A stretch of DNA of 64,000 nucleotides from the IMG/VR virus record IMGVR_UViG_3300044623_001231. The stretch is one strand, 5' to 3'. Positions 58,022 to 64,000 of this stretch are shown here, piece by piece. Below the pieces are notes generated by a model, which was given only the letters and a program-made list of their open reading frames with translations, ran no database searches and was not told the origin of the DNA. Position 1 is the first letter of the stretch. The number at the start of each line of letters is the position of its first letter. The translations under genes were made by a program, and so were the position numbers. Source of the DNA: a virus (lineage: Duplodnaviria > Heunggongvirae > Uroviricota > Caudoviricetes).

Positions 58022-60139
58022 TTATTTTGTTAAGAACAACTCATTTATTGTTTTAGTTATTTGAGCCACATTTGTTACATCGATTTTCTTAGCTCCCTTA
58101 CCATACATCTTCTTAAATCCTCGAGATGGTTCGGTTGTATTTGACCACTCATCTACAAAGTAAGAAAGAGTTTTAATTCCCATTCCTTCGATTTGTTTAA
58201 CCATTTTACGAGTGTGTTCGAATGCCGGTTCACCACTATATCGGAAAGAACCACCTTCAAAGTAAGGTTCACCATCTGAGATGTTTAGGAAGTAAGAATC
58301 CATATCGTTATTAGAACCTAAGAAATTCTTCATAATTGCCTCAAAACATAATCCCTCAGGAGTAGTACCACCAGCTCTAAGTGCCGGAAACATTTGTTTT
58401 ACCTTTGAGAACTTATCAATACGAGAATCGTAAGCCATAACCACATATGGTGAATTACCATGTGTAGTTCTGAATGAAACCTGAATTGATAGGTTTTGAA
58501 TCATATCAACTGCTTTACAAAGTGCAACCACATTGGTTAAGGTATTAACCCATTTAGAACCACCCATTGAACCACTAGCATCAATTGAGATATGTAGGTT
58601 AGCTTTTTTGTAAGAATCGGTTTCCATATATTGGAACACATTTTCATTACCAAATCCTAATGATGAAATCATTCGTTTATCAATACTACCATTCTTTTGG
58701 CGATTGAACACCGTAGAACGGTCCTCACCTCTAACCTGAAGTTTCTTTCCTAATATAGTTCCAATTCGAATTCCATTTTGAACTTCAGTCTCATAATGCA
58801 TTTTAATCAATCCAGTCTCTTCAGGTTTGTACCAATTGTTATCAGTCATTGGGAACATTTGATTTTCAAATAATGATTTGGTAAGTTTCTTAACTACTAT
58901 ACAAGTTGTACCCTTTCGAGAGTTACCCCAACCATCATTAACACCAGCACCAACTGAAGTAATTTCTGAACCACTTTCCTCAATTGCGTTAACATTATTT
59001 GCTTCAGTTCGAGTGATAGATTTTTTACGAATTTCACCTCTCATAAACTCTTTCTGCTTTTGAATTTTCTTTTTAAGGAGGTTTTTTTGGTTATCACTAA
59101 GAGTTAATTTATTTGATTCCTTACCACCTTCAGTTGATTCAGTTGCTTCACCACGCTCAACACCTTCAGGCATTTCAATTTCCATAGAAGAACCACCAGT
59201 TGGTTTACTATCCATATCACCCGTCATTGGAGATGAACCATCCAATGAATCCATTAAATCATCAAATTCAGAATCACTCATTTCACGTGATTCATTTGAA
59301 CTACCATTACCATTTCCATTTTGATTTTGATTTTCTTCAGAATCACCCTGTCCACCAGTACCCTCACCTTCACCATCAGATAATGATGGTAAGTTATTTA
59401 GAATAATTTGAAAAACTTCCATAGCCACATTAAATGTATCTAAGGTAGATTTCAATCGGTTAATAGTACCTAAACCAATTGTTTTATAGATTTCGGTGAA
59501 ACCCGGTAAAGCGTTAAGGTTTGTATTTTTGTTGTGAATGTTAATGATTCGGAACATATAAGAATCAATTGTTGATTCAGTATATTCATCTGAAGTTAAT
59601 CCCTTATCAATTAATGGGTCATTAAAGTATTTATCGTACATTGAACGATAGTAATCTCTATAACCCGGAGCGGAGGTAAAAACGTAGTAATCAATTCTAC
59701 GGTCCTCAACCACATTCCAAATATCTTTGATAGTTGAAATTGGATTAGTAATACCTTTTTTGATTGCCCCATCTTTAATATGAGATGGAACCAAATTGTA
59801 AATATCACCTAATGTTTTAAAATCTGAAAGTTTAATGTGAGAACCTTCGTGCAATGCTAATCCAACAGCCACATCAAAATCCTTAGGGTCTACGATTTGT
59901 GAACCAATTACCACAGTCTTACCATCGGTATAGGAATCACCACGTGTACTAAATTTAACAGGAATTGAATCGTTGGTAACGATATTAACGAAGTTGGAGA
60001 TAGCTCGTTTAGAAGCGGCTAATTTGTAAAGGTCATGTGATTTACGTTCCACATCATTCATTTGATTAACAATGATGTCATCATCTTCCCAGTCCTTTAA
60101 CCAATAAGAAGAATTTCCGTACTTTTTAAATTTACTCAT
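58022..60139 (-). CDS. CobT-like von Willebrand factor A (VWA) domain protein with an acidic low-complexity linker
   Basis: C-terminal VWA (DASGSMGG MIDAS-like), 705 aa; partner of the AAA ATPase. Confidence 0.65.
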   Translation of the reverse strand: MSKFKKYGNSSYWLKDWEDDDIIVNQMNDVERKSHDLYKLAASKRAISNFVNIVTNDSIPVKFSTRGDSYTDGKTVVIGSQIVDPKDFDVAVGLALHEGSHIKLSDFKTLGDIYNLVPSHIKDGAIKKGITNPISTIKDIWNVVEDRRIDYYVFTSAPGYRDYYRSMYDKYFNDPLIDKGLTSDEYTESTIDSYMFRIINIHNKNTNLNALPGFTEIYKTIGLGTINRLKSTLDTFNVAMEVFQIILNNLPSLSDGEGEGTGGQGDSEENQNQNGNGNGSSNESREMSDSEFDDLMDSLDGSSPMTGDMDSKPTGGSSMEIEMPEGVERGEATESTEGGKESNKLTLSDNQKNLLKKKIQKQKEFMRGEIRKKSITRTEANNVNAIEESGSEITSVGAGVNDGWGNSRKGTTCIVVKKLTKSLFENQMFPMTDNNWYKPEETGLIKMHYETEVQNGIRIGTILGKKLQVRGEDRSTVFNRQKNGSIDKRMISSLGFGNENVFQYMETDSYKKANLHISIDASGSMGGSKWVNTLTNVVALCKAVDMIQNLSIQVSFRTTHGNSPYVVMAYDSRIDKFSKVKQMFPALRAGGTTPEGLCFEAIMKNFLGSNNDMDSYFLNISDGEPYFEGGSFRYSGEPAFEHTRKMVKQIEGMGIKTLSYFVDEWSNTTEPSRGFKKMYGKGAKKIDVTNVAQITKTINELFLTK

Positions 60140-60223
60140 ATTTTTAGGGTTTTAATTAATTTATCTCTTAATCTTATACTCAAATATACGACAAATACCT
60201 GAGATATCCAAATAAAATTGAAG
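60140..60223 (-). promoter_or_regulatory. promoter-leader cassette
   Basis: ttttagggttttaattaatttatctcttaatcttatactcaaatatacgac. Confidence 0.55.
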
Positions 60224-60364
60224 TTATTTTTGATAAAATTTATCAATCTCTAATTTGGCTTGTTTTAGTGTCTTTTTAGCTTTGGTTTTTTTACCACTAA
60301 AAAGTAGTTCCATCGACTCGATTAACAATCGTCTGTGGGTTGGAAGGGTGTTTTTTGGTTTCAT
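60224..60364 (-). CDS. small basic protein (46 aa)
   Basis: read from the DNA: MKPKNTLPTHRRLLIESMELLFSGKKTKAKKTLKQAKLEIDKFYQK; flanked by cassettes. Confidence 0.4.
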   Translation of the reverse strand: MKPKNTLPTHRRLLIESMELLFSGKKTKAKKTLKQAKLEIDKFYQK

Positions 60365-60445
60365 ATATTAGGGGTTTGATTAATTACTCTCTCAATTACC
60401 TGTCTAATATACGAATAATATTTGATATAAACAAGGGTTTTCTTA
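60365..60445 (-). promoter_or_regulatory. full promoter-leader cassette
   Basis: near-identical to the 57570-57674 cassette. Confidence 0.6.
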
Positions 60446-60462
60446 AAAATCTTACGATTTTC

Positions 60463-60621
60463 TTAAAAATCTTCCTCAAATGTAGATGGAAAATCTGAAT
60501 CTAAGTCTGCTAATAGAAATAATAACTCTTTTCTAGCATCCTCTACCTGTTTCCACTCTTCATATGATATTGCCTCCTCTAAACCATCAATAATATCTTG
60601 AATTCTTTCACTTATATCCAT
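60463..60621 (-). CDS. small acidic protein (52 aa)
   Basis: read from the DNA: MDISERIQDIIDGLEEAISYEEWKQVEDARKELLFLLADLDSDFPSTFEEDF. Confidence 0.4.
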   Translation of the reverse strand: MDISERIQDIIDGLEEAISYEEWKQVEDARKELLFLLADLDSDFPSTFEEDF

Positions 60622-60668
60622 AATAATGTTTTTATTTATATGGGTTTAAATATAAGATATTTGAAAAA

Positions 60669-61355
60669 TTAGTGATTTGCAACTTTTGAGTAGATATATG
60701 GACCTGTTTTTGGCCCCCATATTTGAGTTCCAGAATCATCCCAACCCCTCTCCCAACTAATAACTTCGTGTTGGTATATTACAAACTCAGTTGTAGTGTA
60801 GGTTGCTCCCTTAAATGAGCCTTTACAATCCGATTCATTGGTACTACCTCTAAATGCCCCTAAGTTATCTTTGTATATCTTTATATCACACCCCACTTTA
60901 TATGGTAGGTCATAGATGGCAAGTGCCTTTAGTTTGTTGGTATCAACTTTAAATGTTATATCATCTAAATTAAACTTACCAGACGCAACTTTGGTATCAG
61001 TTAGTACATTCCAAAAATCAACTTCATTTGGTATTGAGAATATGTTTAAACCAATGTAATAATCATCAATTTGGTATATTGCGTATATACGTTGTCTATA
61101 TGGATAGTACTTACCCTCAATTAGTTCACCTTGCTGAGTATAGATTAGAGTCGCTTCATCATGTGTATCATACTCTACAGTCCTTACTAATACATCACCT
61201 CTGGTGGTATCAATGGTTGAATGGTATTTAGTTGAAAACCTACCTGTAATTGAATGTATGTACTTATCAAAATCAAGTGAGTCCAATTTGGTTTGAGAAT
61301 ATCCAAATATTGGTAGTAATACTACGGAAATGGTTATAAAAATAAACTTTTTCAT
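60669..61355 (-). CDS. secreted hypothetical protein (signal peptide)
   Basis: MKKFIFITISVVLLPIFGYSQ signal. Confidence 0.55.
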   Translation of the reverse strand: MKKFIFITISVVLLPIFGYSQTKLDSLDFDKYIHSITGRFSTKYHSTIDTTRGDVLVRTVEYDTHDEATLIYTQQGELIEGKYYPYRQRIYAIYQIDDYYIGLNIFSIPNEVDFWNVLTDTKVASGKFNLDDITFKVDTNKLKALAIYDLPYKVGCDIKIYKDNLGAFRGSTNESDCKGSFKGATYTTTEFVIYQHEVISWERGWDDSGTQIWGPKTGPYIYSKVANH

Positions 61356-62845
61356 ATTTTGAATTTTTCTTTAATATTTGCTTTGTAGAATAAATCTTTT
61401 TGTGGTTCCAGTTCCATAAAATCCGATTGTAAAATCTCTTCATTTATATCAACACCATTACAATATACTTCATCCTCAGTTCCTCTGGATGTTCTTGTGA
61501 TTGTTATGTTATTAACCATAAATCTAATTGGAACGTTTATTTTGTTCATATGAATATGCAACATATGCTCATGTGGAACCAAATAATACCCTTCAGTTAA
61601 ATAATTCATTATGAAAAAATAGCACGTTGAATAATAATCCATCATCTTTGGTGAACCATATGCAAATAGGTCCGATATACCCTCCGATTTATCGTGATTA
61701 TTTAACCTAACCCTACCATGTGGTAAATTTAACATATCATTAATGGATATATCTAAATTATCATCAAAATAAGTATCAGTTCTAGCTCTTATTACAATAT
61801 CATAATCAATACCCAAATCCTTTGTTAATAAATTTGCTCTCCAAATTTTGTACCACATACTCATTGTACCAAAGTTCACACAGGAATCTCTTAAAAAATA
61901 CAATAATGAAGTTGGTGGTTCAATACCAATTCTTAGAATAGATAAGGTAGATTCATTAAATGAATTATAATTTTCAACCTCCACCTTCTTAACATTGTAT
62001 ATCCTATGAAAGTTTTCAATAGTATCACCACATTCAGTATTATAAGTGTCCCAGAATGAACCATATACATCAATGTCATACTTCTTAATCAATTCACCCC
62101 AATACTCCTTAGTTCTATCTAAATCTCTTATTTCACCAGAGAAACACAATGCTATCTTTGGCTTATGTAAACTGTTAGTTTGTTTTTTTGTGTTCATTTC
62201 TGATTTATTAAATGAATATCCGAAATAATCCAAGTCAGATTTCCATAATTTTGTTAATCTCTCAATTTGGTCATCTCTATATGTTATAACGTTATCAACC
62301 TTTGGTTGTGTGAATTCAAGCGATATTGGTAAATTTATTGTTTCTGAGAATTTAGCTAAATCCTCATTAATATATTCACTCCTTATTATAATACTATTAT
62401 CATCAAATAACCAATTACCATTGATATCCTTTAATTGTGAAAACATTGAGTTACGAAATGCGGGTGCATGAAATACAATAGATTTATTTAGATAGATATC
62501 CACAAATTTTTGGAAATCATCAACTGAATTTATATCAGCTAGATTATAATGAGTCTTTAGATTAGCCCAGTTTTCTTTATAATAATCTACCAAAATATTA
62601 AATGGATTTCTAATAGTTGTAATAAATACATCATTTGGACTTAACTTAAATGTAGCTACATCTCTAAATATATTAGGTGTTTGTTGTGGGTAATCCCAAT
62701 CTTGCCAACCTTTTATTTTAGTAGGATAGTTCCAACTATGTCCTGCTGAATGTATTTTGTATTCATTGGCTCTTTTGCCATGAAATAAATTTTCAAATAA
62801 CCCAAAATCGGATGCTGGTATTTTTATGTAAACGTAATTTATCAT
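61352..62845 (-). CDS. large hypothetical two-domain protein (sulfotransferase/glycosyltransferase-like?)
   Basis: 497 aa; N-terminal YIKIP...HG...K resembles sulfotransferase motifs (weak). Confidence 0.5.
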   Translation of the reverse strand: MINYVYIKIPASDFGLFENLFHGKRANEYKIHSAGHSWNYPTKIKGWQDWDYPQQTPNIFRDVATFKLSPNDVFITTIRNPFNILVDYYKENWANLKTHYNLADINSVDDFQKFVDIYLNKSIVFHAPAFRNSMFSQLKDINGNWLFDDNSIIIRSEYINEDLAKFSETINLPISLEFTQPKVDNVITYRDDQIERLTKLWKSDLDYFGYSFNKSEMNTKKQTNSLHKPKIALCFSGEIRDLDRTKEYWGELIKKYDIDVYGSFWDTYNTECGDTIENFHRIYNVKKVEVENYNSFNESTLSILRIGIEPPTSLLYFLRDSCVNFGTMSMWYKIWRANLLTKDLGIDYDIVIRARTDTYFDDNLDISINDMLNLPHGRVRLNNHDKSEGISDLFAYGSPKMMDYYSTCYFFIMNYLTEGYYLVPHEHMLHIHMNKINVPIRFMVNNITITRTSRGTEDEVYCNGVDINEEILQSDFMELEPQKDLFYKANIKEKFKI

Positions 62846-63162
62846 AGTAAATATTTATCACCCTCTACACAAGGGAATTTAATAACTGTTGTTGTTGTAT
62901 TATCTAAAACTTTAAAATCAGTAGATTCACCGGGTTCGATTGTAATTACATCACCCTTTGTATAAACAGTACCATTCATACGAACCAATCCTTGTGTTAT
63001 AATTGTTATTTCAGTTGCAACTTTGTGATAATGGGCTACTTCATAATCCCCTGTTTTATATTCCTTAACAGCTACCTCAAAATCGTTCGTTTTGAAAAGA
63101 GATGGGTTGAAGTTTCCAACTACCCATCCTTTAAAAAAATCATTTAATTTATCTACTTTCAT
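62842..63162 (-). CDS. cupin-domain protein (sugar isomerase-like)
   Basis: HYHKVATEITIITQG ... GDVITIEPGE cupin motifs. Confidence 0.55.
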   Translation of the reverse strand: MKVDKLNDFFKGWVVGNFNPSLFKTNDFEVAVKEYKTGDYEVAHYHKVATEITIITQGLVRMNGTVYTKGDVITIEPGESTDFKVLDNTTTTVIKFPCVEGDKYLL

Positions 63163-63548
63163 TATAAATAATCTTGCATTAATAAGTTAGCAACTATATA
63201 GTTTGTAGATGCCATTGGAATTGAATCCAAATTAGAAATATCAAACCAAGTTACATCAATATGTTCTTTTGCTTTTGCTCCACTACCATCATTATCATCT
63301 TTGGTAAGTTCTACATTATAGAACCAAACATCATATGGATGTTCTTGTACGCTGGTATAAAATTCACCAACTTTAACAATTGCATCTAATTCCTCTATCC
63401 ACTCCCTTTCAAGAGCTTGTTTATCAATTTCACCAACTTCCACCTTTCCACCAGGAAATTCCCAATGCCCATCAGGTTTCAATCCTAATAACACATATGG
63501 TGTGTTATCAATATACTTAATACAAATCCCCGCTACTACTTTTTTCAT
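63162..63548 (-). CDS. Nudix hydrolase
   Basis: Nudix box GGKVEVGEIDKQALEREWIEELDA. Confidence 0.7.
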   Translation of the reverse strand: MKKVVAGICIKYIDNTPYVLLGLKPDGHWEFPGGKVEVGEIDKQALEREWIEELDAIVKVGEFYTSVQEHPYDVWFYNVELTKDDNDGSGAKAKEHIDVTWFDISNLDSIPMASTNYIVANLLMQDYL

Positions 63549-63987
63549 CTTTGTAATTTTTTATATAATCCGAACAAACTCCTTTACATTCTGAAATATC
63601 ATCATTATGAATTTCAGGCATTACTGCAATACTATTTTTAACAGGTTGTTTTCCTGGATACACCCACATATAACCATGTGATGTTAATGTCATTGTATCT
63701 TCTTCATGCCAAAAGTAATTGAATCCACCAATCATATTAAACCACTCTATTGCTTCTACATTTTTACAATGTATCCACAACTTAGAATGTCTTTCGTTTA
63801 ACCAGTGTTGTGAGATTCCATATTGTGGTTCATCATGTCCTAATAAAAGAACACCTTCTATCATCCACACATCAATTTCAACATCATATCCAGCATTAAG
63901 TGCTTCATCTATATAATCAGGTCTATTTTCAACATCCGTTAATTTACCTTCTAAATTTCCCCTATGTGATATTAGTATCATTTCCAT
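63517..63987 (-). CDS. glycerophosphodiester-phosphodiesterase-like (GDPD fold) protein
   Basis: ISHRG ... DVEIDVW ... GHDEP pattern. Confidence 0.45.
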   Translation of the reverse strand: MEMILISHRGNLEGKLTDVENRPDYIDEALNAGYDVEIDVWMIEGVLLLGHDEPQYGISQHWLNERHSKLWIHCKNVEAIEWFNMIGGFNYFWHEEDTMTLTSHGYMWVYPGKQPVKNSIAVMPEIHNDDISECKGVCSDYIKNYKDEKSSSGDLY

Positions 63988-64000
63988 TTGTTATAAGGCA

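Overview
This 64-kb window appears to be part of a large virulent dsDNA phage, about 33% GC. The evidence is that every supported gene is on the minus strand and tightly packed (many ATGA / TAATG stop-start overlaps), and that it carries hallmark phage functions: endolysin, GroEL/GroES, DNA ligase, RNA ligase plus polynucleotide kinase, a thymidylate-synthase homolog, a DNA methyltransferase and a secreted nuclease.

The host is probably a Bacteroidetes (Flavobacteriia-type) bacterium. This is an inference from more than 25 intergenic promoters that match the Bacteroidetes sigma-A architecture (TTG, about 20 nt, TAnnTTTG) and from the absence of Shine-Dalgarno sequences.

Main content, left to right:
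- 1-1000: a 1-kb non-coding region with iteron-like repeats and a 130-nt polypyrimidine tract.
- 2066-4547: a glutamyl-tRNA reductase (HemA) homolog and GMP reductase.
- 4815-7509: an ulosonic-acid-type glycosylation module (aldolase / CMP-Kdo-type cytidylyltransferase fusion, HAD phosphatase, sialyl-motif transferase).
- 8115-8681: endolysin.
- 8685-16220: a run of small genes, each with its own promoter.
- 16259-19325: a tRNA maintenance block (CCA-adding enzyme, Rnl2-type RNA ligase, polynucleotide kinase, metallophosphoesterase).
- 22456-28616: a tRNA array with 24 canonical tRNAs covering all 20 amino acids, plus a third CAT tRNA and three atypical tRNA-like elements, interspersed with ORF-free, apparently structured RNA segments.
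- 29316-36925: SPFH protein, thioesterase and two HExxH peptidase-like proteins.
- 37106-39010: GroEL/GroES.
- 39638-40951: a bilin-reductase-like gene overlapping a heme oxygenase, with a PspC-domain mini-protein.
- 42157-48517: ThyA-like gene with an insertion, a dNMP-kinase-like gene, an epimerase and a DNA methyltransferase.
- 49080-49679: secreted nuclease.
- 54862-55956: ATP-dependent DNA ligase.
- 56361-60139: a CobS/CobT-like AAA plus VWA pair.
- 60669-63987: a terminal sugar-metabolism-like block (cupin, Nudix, GDPD-like).

The most unusual point is that the HemA homolog (a Glu-tRNA-consuming enzyme), a phage-encoded tRNA-Glu and the bilin module occur together in a phage that is not a cyanophage.

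All assignments come from reading motifs in the supplied translations and the DNA. No database search was possible.
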